From positions 1 to 14,756 of the forward strand of contig JAWOFX010000036.1 in the NCBI GenBank assembly GCA_046497275.1: a stretch of DNA of 14,756 nucleotides, given 5' to 3'. This document shows, piece by piece, positions 7,261-14,756 of the stretch. This stretch comes from Promethearchaeia archaeon. Lineage in GTDB: Archaea; Asgardarchaeota; Lokiarchaeia; Sigyniarchaeales; SOKP01. The position numbers were made by a program, and so were the translations under genes. The notes under the pieces were generated by a model. That model was not told the origin of the DNA and searched no databases. It saw nothing but the letters and a program-made list of their open reading frames with translations. Each line of letters starts with the position of its first letter. Within the stretch, counting starts at the first letter, position 1.

Positions 7261-8262
7261 TTAAAAATCAGGCCCAATTTGTGTGTAGATCGTTCCAAAA
7301 TTCATTTTTCGAACAGGGGATTTTTTCATTTCAGTCCAAATCTTTCCATCCCATTTAAATATTTTATTTGAGTGGGGATTCCGCTTCCTAATATCAATAT
7401 CCTCATCTATTGTACCTAAAAAACGCCATAAAAAGTTTTTACTCCCTCGTGTTCCTCCATGGTGCCAACTTCCCGGCAATTCAGATTCAAAGCGCCATTC
7501 ATTTGAATCATAATTATACACTAGATGTTGTCTTTTAACTGGACCTTTGAAATTCTCTCTCTTTGAATTATAAAATGCCGCATTAATATTCCAACCACCT
7601 ATGATATGGAGTTCATTTTGCCATTTATCTCCTGAACCATCAGTTGTTGGAATTGGACATGGTTTCATCACCTCCCAAATGTCGTCTATTGGATTATAAC
7701 GCTGATTTAGTGCCCCTTCATAAGTGTTTTGCTCAGGTTTATTTCCCGTATTTCCAGTTGAATAATAAAGCCATCCATTATGATAGGAAGGGAGTGGAAA
7801 TGATTGAGTATAGGGCGCATCTGCCATTTTTATATTCCATCTATCATTTAACAAGTCATATTGCCAATTCCAATTAACACGGCTAAATGGTCCTTGGATG
7901 TCATCTCCTCCAAAAAGATATAAATACTTATTATCGACGACTGGATAAAATTTGCCTAATTTACTACGTGCTTTTGGCATTTCATTATAAAGATCCCATT
8001 TATCTTCTCTAATATCATATACTTGGACGTAAGCAGAGCATCCAGAATGAGGTTTAGTTTTTCCTCCGAAGCAATAGATTTTATTATTAAAAAATGTCCA
8101 TCCTGCTCCTTGTACGGGATAAGGCATCGATTCCAATTGATCATTTTCGCTACTATACCATTTATTTGCACCGATATCATAAACAGTTGTATCTGCAACC
8201 GTATATTTATTTTCGATTTTACCGCCAATTGCCCAAATAAATTCGCCTTTTTTTGTTTTCAT
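7261..8262 (-). CDS. Stand-alone Kelch-repeat beta-propeller protein
   Basis: About six repeats with the hydrophobic-GG...YD/YN...W pattern (AIGG, CFGG, LFGG, YSTG, IIGG, FLG). No obvious signal peptide. Confidence 0.88.
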   Translation of the reverse strand: MKTKKGEFIWAIGGKIENKYTVADTTVYDIGANKWYSSENDQLESMPYPVQGAGWTFFNNKIYCFGGKTKPHSGCSAYVQVYDIREDKWDLYNEMPKARSKLGKFYPVVDNKYLYLFGGDDIQGPFSRVNWNWQYDLLNDRWNIKMADAPYTQSFPLPSYHNGWLYYSTGNTGNKPEQNTYEGALNQRYNPIDDIWEVMKPCPIPTTDGSGDKWQNELHIIGGWNINAAFYNSKRENFKGPVKRQHLVYNYDSNEWRFESELPGSWHHGGTRGSKNFLWRFLGTIDEDIDIRKRNPHSNKIFKWDGKIWTEMKKSPVRKMNFGTIYTQIGPDF

Positions 8263-8442
8263 AACGTTATTCTCTCTTTGTTTACAATTAATATTATTCT
8301 AGTTCATTTTAAAAACTATTTAGAAAAATGGGGAGATTAATTAAATAAAATCGATGAGAATTAAATCAAAATTCTTCTCAAAATCTAAAAATTTTTCTTA
8401 AATGAATCAATTTTTATTATATCTATATATAGGAACGATCAA

Positions 8443-8826
8443 ATGAAGTTTTGTAAAGAATGCGGTGCGCTGATGTTGCCTGGTAAAGATAAAAATGGGA
8501 ATAAAGTATTTAAATGTAAATGCGGAGTTATTGAGAAATTTTCTGAAGATGAATCGGAAAATTATAAGATCTCAACTGAAATAAAGCGAGATTTAAAATT
8601 TGAAGTCGTAAATGCTAAGGACATCATCGATTGGAAGGAAAAAAATCTAAAGAGCACGATTAAAAATTTTAAATGCCCAAAATGTGGTTATAACAAGGCA
8701 TCATTAGAGACTAGGCAAACTAGAAGTGCAGATGAAGGAATGACAGTTTAAAATATTACATTTTAAATCATTAAACATTTTATTGTCTGCCTTCGATGTG
8801 GTAGAATGATTAAAATCGGCAGTTAA
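8443..8826 (+). CDS. tfs: Transcription factor S (TFS/RpoM, TFIIS-like), intron-containing: join(8443..8744,8775..8826), 117 aa
   Basis: N-terminal Zn ribbon CKEC...CKCG and C-terminal CPKCG...QTRSADE. The unspliced ORF stops at 8751 lacking the last CxxC. The missing part (HFIVCLRCGRMIKIGS*) lies in the same frame from 8776 to 8826. Removing 30 nt gives ADEGMTHFIVCLRCG, matching the family spacing ADEPxTxFYxCxxCG. Confidence 0.9.
8745..8774 (+). other. Bulge-helix-bulge (tRNA-type) intron in tfs mRNA
   Basis: Sequence AGUUUAAAAUAUUACAUUUUAAAUCAUUAA. Central 4-bp helix AAUG(8739-42)/CAUU(8769-72), 3-nt bulges ACA(8743-45) and AAA(8773-75), inner stem G8746-U8768 plus UUUAAAAU(8747-54)/AUUUUAAA(8760-67), outer pair G8738-C8776. 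Cutting after the second nucleotide of each bulge excises exactly 30 nt and restores the frame. Confidence 0.85.
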
Positions 8827-8925
8827 ATAGAGTTAGTCAATTCAACTTTGAACTAATTTAAAAAATTCTTAATTTTAAAGATAAAAGTTTTTTGTTAATT
8901 AAAAAAATGGTTAATAGTCTAAAAA

Positions 8926-9222
8926 TTAGTTTAAGAGCATATCAGTGATCCTATTTTCATCAGTTTCCTTGAGAAAGTTTATTTGAATAATTTTGTCTTC
9001 ATTATGGACACCAGATAAAAATGAAATTTGATTTGAACTTATATTCAATTTATTTTGAAGTAATTTGATTAATTCTTTATTTGCTTTATTTCTTCGAGCT
9101 TTTGATTTTAAGGATAAGGCTAAGAAATTTCCATCTTGTTCAATTTTTTGTTTACGAGAATTGGGTTTCACATATATAGTTAAAATATAACTTTTATCAG
9201 ATTTTTTCTCTATAAAACTCAT
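8926..9222 (-). CDS. DUF167 / UPF0235 (YggU-like) protein
   Basis: IYVKPNSRK, NKANKELIKLL and ISFLSG...K..I pattern, 98 aa. Confidence 0.88.
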   Translation of the reverse strand: MSFIEKKSDKSYILTIYVKPNSRKQKIEQDGNFLALSLKSKARRNKANKELIKLLQNKLNISSNQISFLSGVHNEDKIIQINFLKETDENRITDMLLN

Positions 9223-9245
9223 TATATTAACAAACTTGTAGTTTT

Positions 9246-10658
9246 TTAAGTGTTTTGAATATATTCATCGGCATTAATTTTAAGTCTTTTATAGGAAGCT
9301 CTTGATAATCTAATTCCTCCCGCTAATTTATGTCCCCCTCCGGTCCCTCCTAAGTTTTCTATTATTCGACTAATGACTCTGTTTACTCCGAAACCATTAT
9401 TTTGTTCTAAAAATTTTCTCGTACAGCGTATACTCAATTTAATAGTTTGAGATTTGCGTTCTAATCCTCCTAAAAATAATATTTTATAGGGATCTAATAA
9501 TTCATTTACACTACTAAAGGATGCCGTATCTGACCAATTGCTTGGAGGGATTTGCCCTTTCACATCAATAAATATACTTTTTTCTGTTTCATAGCGCGGT
9601 AATTCATTAGAAAGAATTTTCAAATTTTTTGCTAAGTTACTAACATAATCGTAATAGACATTTTTAGCGTATCGAGTAATTCTATTTAATTGAATACTAG
9701 AAACAGCTGCGCTGATATTTTTAAAACATAAAATATTAAGCATTAGAGCATGTTCGAAGGCAAATTTTAGTAATCCATTTTTCTGAGGTAATAAAGCATA
9801 ATGACCAAAACTTTCAAAATTTCCCTCTGATTGAATTTTTTCTATTTCCGAATCGTTTAATTTACTTACTTTTTTATTTGGATCAATATTCAAATCATTT
9901 AAAAAGGATTTAATTCTTTTATCATTCTTTCCTCCAAATTGTTTAAGAAATGGTAATATACTATATTTTAATCCATTTTTTATAGTATCATGCATACTAC
10001 CAAATAGCAATAAACCTGCTTTGTCTATAAAAATCTCTTCTCTTAATAGCTCCTCATAGATCTCTCTATTGAAGGATTGAAGTTTATCCATTGGTTTGAG
10101 GGAGTCTCCTGCAATACCTATAATTGTCAACCATCCTTGCTTAATTATCTGAGGTTTTATTTCTTTTGCAAATAAAAAGGCTAGTGTTGCGCCTGCTATA
10201 TGATCCAAACCATCAAACCCATAAACAGTTGGATTAACAAAATTAAGATTCTTAGGATATTCTTCTGGAGGTGTTTCACAGTCAACCTCATGATGGTCTA
10301 AAATATAAAATTTTTCTTTTCTTTTTTCTATTATTGGAATTAATTCTGAAAGATTTGACCCAACATCGGTAAATATAAAAGCTGTTTTTTCAGTACTTCT
10401 ATTAGAAAAAATCCCTCTTAAATACGCCTCCCAAGAGACAGATCGATTATAAATAAAATAATCATAATTCAAATTCATCTTATATAATAGGTTCTGGATT
10501 AAATGAAGACATGAGATGCCATCCGCATCATTATGAGAAATTGTGATAACCTTATTAAAATTAGATGATGAATCACTAAAATTATTAATAGCATTATCAA
10601 GATTATTTAAAAATTCCTTCCGATCTGGTTTTTTATTCATTTTAATCAATGTCTCCAT
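9246..10658 (-). CDS. recJ: Archaeal RecJ-like DHH/DHHA1 phosphoesterase (RecJ/GAN/Cdc45 superfamily)
   Basis: SHNDADG, FTDVGS, LDHHE, GIAGD and C-terminal GGGHKLAGG (DHHA1) motifs are all intact. Confidence 0.85.
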   Translation of the reverse strand: METLIKMNKKPDRKEFLNNLDNAINNFSDSSSNFNKVITISHNDADGISCLHLIQNLLYKMNLNYDYFIYNRSVSWEAYLRGIFSNRSTEKTAFIFTDVGSNLSELIPIIEKRKEKFYILDHHEVDCETPPEEYPKNLNFVNPTVYGFDGLDHIAGATLAFLFAKEIKPQIIKQGWLTIIGIAGDSLKPMDKLQSFNREIYEELLREEIFIDKAGLLLFGSMHDTIKNGLKYSILPFLKQFGGKNDKRIKSFLNDLNIDPNKKVSKLNDSEIEKIQSEGNFESFGHYALLPQKNGLLKFAFEHALMLNILCFKNISAAVSSIQLNRITRYAKNVYYDYVSNLAKNLKILSNELPRYETEKSIFIDVKGQIPPSNWSDTASFSSVNELLDPYKILFLGGLERKSQTIKLSIRCTRKFLEQNNGFGVNRVISRIIENLGGTGGGHKLAGGIRLSRASYKRLKINADEYIQNT

Positions 10659-10965
10659 ATGAGAAATAATTAATTTAATTTATAAGACTCCCTAATTAAC
10701 CAGTATGTTCTTTTATCTGTATATCTTTATTCTAAAGGAAGATATCAGATTTATCGTTCATAATTTCGATTTTGATTTGAAGGAGTGAAACAAATTTGAA
10801 TATATTCTAATAAATTTAGTATTACTATTTTAACTTTTATCTAATGAATTTTAGAAGATAAATATTGGAGAAAATGAAAATTAAAATTCAAGAAAATATT
10901 ATTAAGATTTAATTTGATATAAATTAGGTTTGTAAGAACATTATATTTTTGAGATGGATAGTTAA

Positions 10966-12651
10966 ATGAAAAAGCATCATATTAGTAAAAAGATACAGAT
11001 TATTATTATTATTAATCTTATCATTTTATCATCATTTGCATTTATTTTTCTGTTAAATAATAATAAGGATTCGCAAACTAATTCTGATGTAGAACAACAT
11101 TCATTACTAAAAATAAATGCTTTTTCAAAAGATGAGTATTCATCAATATTACAAGAAGAGAAGAGTGGATTAGGAGAGATTTCTGTATTAAACATCTCTT
11201 TTCATGAAAGAGGATTCGATAATTCCTCTCAGTTTAATGAGTTAGATAAAGATATCGGAAAGGATTTAAATATTACATATGATGGAACTTCATTTGTAGA
11301 AACTATGGTGAATGCTTCAAGAAATTATCTAAAGGAAGGATATATTAACAATAACGTTGTAAGAATAAATTTAAACGAAACTCTTCTAGTTAATTTTGAT
11401 AATACAACTTCTGAAGGAGGGCTTGCTGGTTTTTTAGTTTATCTCCCCCGTTTAACTTCTATAGAAATTTTGGAGATTTATGTGGGAGGGTCAATTTTAA
11501 CAGAAGATGAATACTCTATTGTTAATGATGGTTTTTTAAAATTTGATTATTTTGATTATTTTGATTCACCAGAGGATGGGCAATTTTCTATGAATATAAT
11601 TTATTCTTATGAACTCAGTTTGATAAATTGGAAGATTGACCAACTTAACATTGATGATTTAGTTGCTAATCAATCAATGCAAAATTTTACAGCTAAGTAT
11701 GCATACACATTCTTACTTAAAGGAAATAAATTTTCAGGGAATCTACCCACAAGTGAAATAGAGGCAGATAATTTAAATGTTAATTTATTAGTCTCTCTTT
11801 TTGATCATCAACTCTTAAATAATTTCAGTCTTGCTTTAAATTCTGAACAAATAGATAATATTGAGAATTATCAAGTTTCATATGGTAAGTTTAATATTTC
11901 TCTGAAAGATTCATTTTCTGCTAATTCAAGCATCTTCCATTTGAACTTTACTTCCAATTTTTTAATAGCATTTCAAGATCCTGTGAGATATTCATGGGCT
12001 ATCGATAGATTGGTTAGTGGAAACAATATACGAGAAAGAATATATTTTCCTCAAATCCTTGAGGGACCAGAACATCTCTTATTGAAATTCACCTTTTATC
12101 AAGAAACAATTGAAGATGAACAAATTGATGACATCTCTTCGCAATTTAATAGAATAGTAAATCATTTACCTATATCTGAAATTGAAGAACCATACATTAA
12201 TCAGGGTATTTTGGTTTATACACCTTCTTTAATCTTTGGAGAGTATGGCTGCCCCTTCACTATAAGATATGAAGCAACGAATGATCTTAGAATAATTATA
12301 ACCGATAATATAAACATGCCCTTATGGAATTTAGATGTACAGATTTTTTATTATAATACGGTATATGGAACTTATATTTCGAATAACTTCACCCAACCCA
12401 TAGCACCTTTAGTAGCAAATGAAAATGGAGAGATTATATTAAGATATTTACCAAATGGGGAATATAAAATTGATATTTTTCGAAGGGGAATTAAAATCAA
12501 ATCAGTGAATATCAGCACAGAACAAGAGACTCATTATATTTCAACTAATGTTATCCATTTTCCAAGCGTCATTCTTTCTTTTGGATTAATTAGTATCGTA
12601 ATTTTGCTCATTGGATTTTTTATTTATCTACGAAATAAAAAAGTGGCATAA
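10966..12651 (+). CDS. Membrane-anchored extracellular/surface protein of unknown function
   Basis: Basic N-terminus plus hydrophobic segment (IIIIINLIILSSFAFIFLL), C-terminal TM helix followed by RNKKVA, at least 14 N-x-S/T sequons, and a beta-sandwich-like C-terminal segment (TDNINMPL...NENGEIILRYLPNGEYKIDI). Confidence 0.8.
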   Translation: MKKHHISKKIQIIIIINLIILSSFAFIFLLNNNKDSQTNSDVEQHSLLKINAFSKDEYSSILQEEKSGLGEISVLNISFHERGFDNSSQFNELDKDIGKDLNITYDGTSFVETMVNASRNYLKEGYINNNVVRINLNETLLVNFDNTTSEGGLAGFLVYLPRLTSIEILEIYVGGSILTEDEYSIVNDGFLKFDYFDYFDSPEDGQFSMNIIYSYELSLINWKIDQLNIDDLVANQSMQNFTAKYAYTFLLKGNKFSGNLPTSEIEADNLNVNLLVSLFDHQLLNNFSLALNSEQIDNIENYQVSYGKFNISLKDSFSANSSIFHLNFTSNFLIAFQDPVRYSWAIDRLVSGNNIRERIYFPQILEGPEHLLLKFTFYQETIEDEQIDDISSQFNRIVNHLPISEIEEPYINQGILVYTPSLIFGEYGCPFTIRYEATNDLRIIITDNINMPLWNLDVQIFYYNTVYGTYISNNFTQPIAPLVANENGEIILRYLPNGEYKIDIFRRGIKIKSVNISTEQETHYISTNVIHFPSVILSFGLISIVILLIGFFIYLRNKKVA

Positions 12652-12654
12652 GAA

Positions 12655-12981
12655 TTGATTGTTATTTTTGTTGATAATATTGAGAAATTTATAGATTTTT
12701 TAGATAGAAGAGTGATGGATGAGATTTTCTATGAATTTAAAAAGATAGGAAAAGGAGCTGATCTCTCCAGTAATGTCGAAATAGAAATAATTATCCATTT
12801 CCTTTCAAAGCTTGAAGGATTTTTGATTTTATATGAAACAGATTTAAACTTATTAAAACCAAGTAATTCTAATATTGATGAAGAGGTTGTCAAGGATCTG
12901 AAGCGTATTTTTGCAAAAATTGATGATTCTATTAAATTAACGAAGGGCAAAATAAGAGAAATCTTTCTCTCATATAGCTAG
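12655..12981 (+). CDS. Hypothetical protein (108 aa)
   Basis: Open frame with TTG start 3 nt after the upstream stop, ordinary globular composition, and it fills the gap up to the convergent aIF2-gamma. No family recognised. Confidence 0.65.
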   Translation: MIVIFVDNIEKFIDFLDRRVMDEIFYEFKKIGKGADLSSNVEIEIIIHFLSKLEGFLILYETDLNLLKPSNSNIDEEVVKDLKRIFAKIDDSIKLTKGKIREIFLSYS

Positions 12982-12984
12982 AAC

Positions 12985-14547
12985 CTAATCTTCTTTATCG
13001 ATTCTTAATCCGTAACCTATTAATCGATATCTTCTATTGATTATTCGAGAAATTGCGAAAATGAATTCTTTAGGTACACAAATTGGTGGATTTAATTCAA
13101 TTATATACGTATCTTTAAGTATTTTTTTTACTGTACCAGCACATCTTTCAGTTCCTACCACCATTAAGAGCCGCTCACCATGTTTTAATTCATGAACTTT
13201 AATCATCTCTTCGGTACCAATAACTCTATCGAGAAGATGAACCTCTAATTCAACTTGATTTAATACAGGTGGTAATGTCTCTAGTTTTCCTGCTAAATTT
13301 CCGATTAAAGCATCCCCTTTAGTTAAAGCAGGATCTAGTTTTGTTCCAAGACCGATTAATCCTCCGGGTTTAGCTTCTTCCAAGAAGTTGTTTCCTTGAC
13401 TGATACTAATGATTTGGGAATTTATAGGAGTATACCCATCTTTCCGTTTCAACCCGGGTTTAATTTCAATCATATCTCCCACATTTACCTTCCCTTTTAA
13501 TACAGAACCTCCGATTACTCCACCAATTAGATTATTAATTTCTGTCCCCGGTTTATTTACATCGAAAGATCGAGCAATCAAAAACTCGAAATCCTCAGAT
13601 TTATCTAATTTAGTAGTGGGAATAAATTCTTCAAATGCTCTAACGACTAATTCCAGATTAGCTCCAAAAATGGCTGATGTAGGTATAATAGGAGCACTTT
13701 CCGCGACAGTTCCTTTGACGAAATTCTTAATTTGGTTATAGTTATTCTCTGCCTCTTCTTTACTCACTGCATCAATTTTATTTTGGATGATAATAATATT
13801 CTCAATCCCTGCAATATCCAATGCTGCTAAATGTTCTCTAGTTTGAGGTTGTGGACACATTTCATCAGCAGCGATTAATAAACATGCTCCGTCCATAAGG
13901 GATGCACCACTTAACATGGTTGCCATCAATATTTCGTGACCTGGAGCGTCAACAAAAGAAATATTTCGCTTGAATTCGGCTTGTCCCTTGCATTCTGGAC
14001 AATGGAAGCGAGGTTCCCCTTTTTTCCTCTCAGTTTCTAACATATGTAATGTTAAATACATATCACAAGTAGGACAATATAAAATAGTAGCATTAGAATA
14101 ACCTAATTTTATGGATATGCCTCGTTCTTGTTCTTCTGAATGACGGTCTGTCCAATCCCCTGTAAGTGCTTCGACTAGGCTTGTTTTACCATGGTCTACG
14201 TGCCCTACAAGCCCTACGTTACATTCTGCTTGTTGTTTGATCAATTCTTTAAATTCTGCACTAGTTTTATCTTCTTTAGGTTTTTTTTCTTTTTTGATTT
14301 CCTTTTTTGGTTTTTCTTTTTCCTTTCTTTCTTCTGGAACTGCCTTCCCTTCCTTCTGAGGCTTTCCTAGTAGATTTCTCGCATCTTCAATATATTTAGA
14401 AGCTGTTGATTTTCCAATCCCTTTCACTTGTAATAAATCCTTAACTTTCAAACTTGCGAGTTTTTCAACACTATCTATACCAGCCTCTCGTAAGCTCTCT
14501 GCCGTTGCCTTCCCAATGCCAGTGATATCTTCTAATTGTAATGTCAT
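12985..14547 (-). CDS. eif2g: Translation initiation factor 2 gamma subunit (aIF2-gamma) with N-terminal HhH domain and K/E-rich linker
   Basis: GHVDHGKT, EEQERGISIKLGY, DAPGHE, QNKID, RSFDVNKPG and GGVIGGS, plus a Zn knuckle CPTC...CPEC. There are about 105 extra N-terminal residues. Confidence 0.96.
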   Translation of the reverse strand: MTLQLEDITGIGKATAESLREAGIDSVEKLASLKVKDLLQVKGIGKSTASKYIEDARNLLGKPQKEGKAVPEERKEKEKPKKEIKKEKKPKEDKTSAEFKELIKQQAECNVGLVGHVDHGKTSLVEALTGDWTDRHSEEQERGISIKLGYSNATILYCPTCDMYLTLHMLETERKKGEPRFHCPECKGQAEFKRNISFVDAPGHEILMATMLSGASLMDGACLLIAADEMCPQPQTREHLAALDIAGIENIIIIQNKIDAVSKEEAENNYNQIKNFVKGTVAESAPIIPTSAIFGANLELVVRAFEEFIPTTKLDKSEDFEFLIARSFDVNKPGTEINNLIGGVIGGSVLKGKVNVGDMIEIKPGLKRKDGYTPINSQIISISQGNNFLEEAKPGGLIGLGTKLDPALTKGDALIGNLAGKLETLPPVLNQVELEVHLLDRVIGTEEMIKVHELKHGERLLMVVGTERCAGTVKKILKDTYIIELNPPICVPKEFIFAISRIINRRYRLIGYGLRIDKED

Positions 14548-14687
14548 AGTATAAAAGTTAAAGATTATTAAATGTGAATAGAATGGGTTATTTCTACTTC
14601 CTTATGAAAATTAAGACTTGATTTTTTATTAAATTAATTAAAATTACAAAATATTAATTAATTCAATTAAAAAGAGACAATATAATT

Positions 14688-14756
14688 TTATTTAATGGTT
14701 TTTATAGTTTTAAGCGCTCCCGGTTTTTTTTCTAACTCTTTATAGGAGACACGTAA
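14688..14756 (-). CDS. Possible 3' end of an upstream gene running in from the window edge
   Basis: Minus frame open from the edge, LRVSYKELEKKPGALKTIKTIK*, in a stretch more GC-rich than the adjacent spacer. Too short to identify. Confidence 0.3.
   Translation of the reverse strand, partial: LRVSYKELEKKPGALKTIKTIK

Noticed and set aside
7644-8340. ORFs 7644-7877 (+), 7956-8228 (-) and 8023-8340 (+)
   Set aside because: They overlap the well-supported Kelch gene in other frames or strands and have no recognisable motifs.
8443-8751. tfs as a simple truncated gene or pseudogene, or as a stop-codon readthrough case
   Set aside because: Exon 2 is intact and in frame, the insert has exact BHB geometry with cut sites that restore the sequence, and readthrough would need two TAA codons and add 10 residues inside the Zn ribbon.
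8740-8775. Alternative BHB register with central helix AUGA(8740-43)/UCAU(8768-71)
   Set aside because: It would excise 28 nt and shift the frame, and it lacks a closing outer pair. The AAUG/CAUU register gives two proper 3-nt bulges and an in-frame product.
10659-10965. About 300-nt divergent intergenic region as a possible ncRNA or small ORF
   Set aside because: Very AT-rich with frequent stops. No tRNA-like, C/D-box, repeat or stable stem pattern was visible by eye.
10977-11195. 72-aa minus-strand ORF
   Set aside because: Antisense shadow of the surface-protein gene.
12729-13741. ORFs 12729-12950 (-) and 13409-13741 (+)
   Set aside because: Antisense shadows of the 108-aa hypothetical gene and of aIF2-gamma.
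14260-14345. T-rich quasi-repeats resembling a tandem repeat or terminator
   Set aside because: Explained by Lys/Glu codons of the aIF2-gamma linker on the minus strand.
1-14756. CRISPR arrays, IS elements, integrases, tRNA or rRNA genes
   Set aside because: No spaced direct repeats, transposase or integrase motifs, terminal inverted repeats or GC-rich structured RNA segments were seen.

Overview
AT-rich archaeal chromosomal window, most likely from an Asgard (Lokiarchaeia-like) genome. This is inferred from an eL22-like ribosomal protein together with aIF2-gamma, TFS, LysW, form III RuBisCO and an archaeal RecJ-like DHH protein. Genes in order: lysW, uvrC, a 57-aa Zn-ribbon gene missed by the ORF track, ribose-1,5-bisphosphate isomerase, nucleoside hydrolase, form III RuBisCO, eL22, CitG-like protein, Kelch propeller, TFS, DUF167, RecJ-like DHH protein, a membrane-anchored surface protein, a hypothetical protein and aIF2-gamma. 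The main discovery is that the TFS gene is interrupted by a 30-nt insert (8745-8774) with two in-frame TAA stops. The insert folds into a canonical bulge-helix-bulge (BHB) motif, and excision at the standard endonuclease cut sites restores a full-length 117-aa TFS. This points to a tRNA-type intron in a protein-coding gene. Other notable items are a RuBisCO/R15P isomerase cluster with a nucleoside hydrolase rather than AMP phosphorylase, a hydrolase gene lacking a canonical start upstream of its catalytic motif, and an aIF2-gamma fused to an N-terminal helix-hairpin-helix domain. All calls come from manual reading and motif recall; no searches or folding programs were run.
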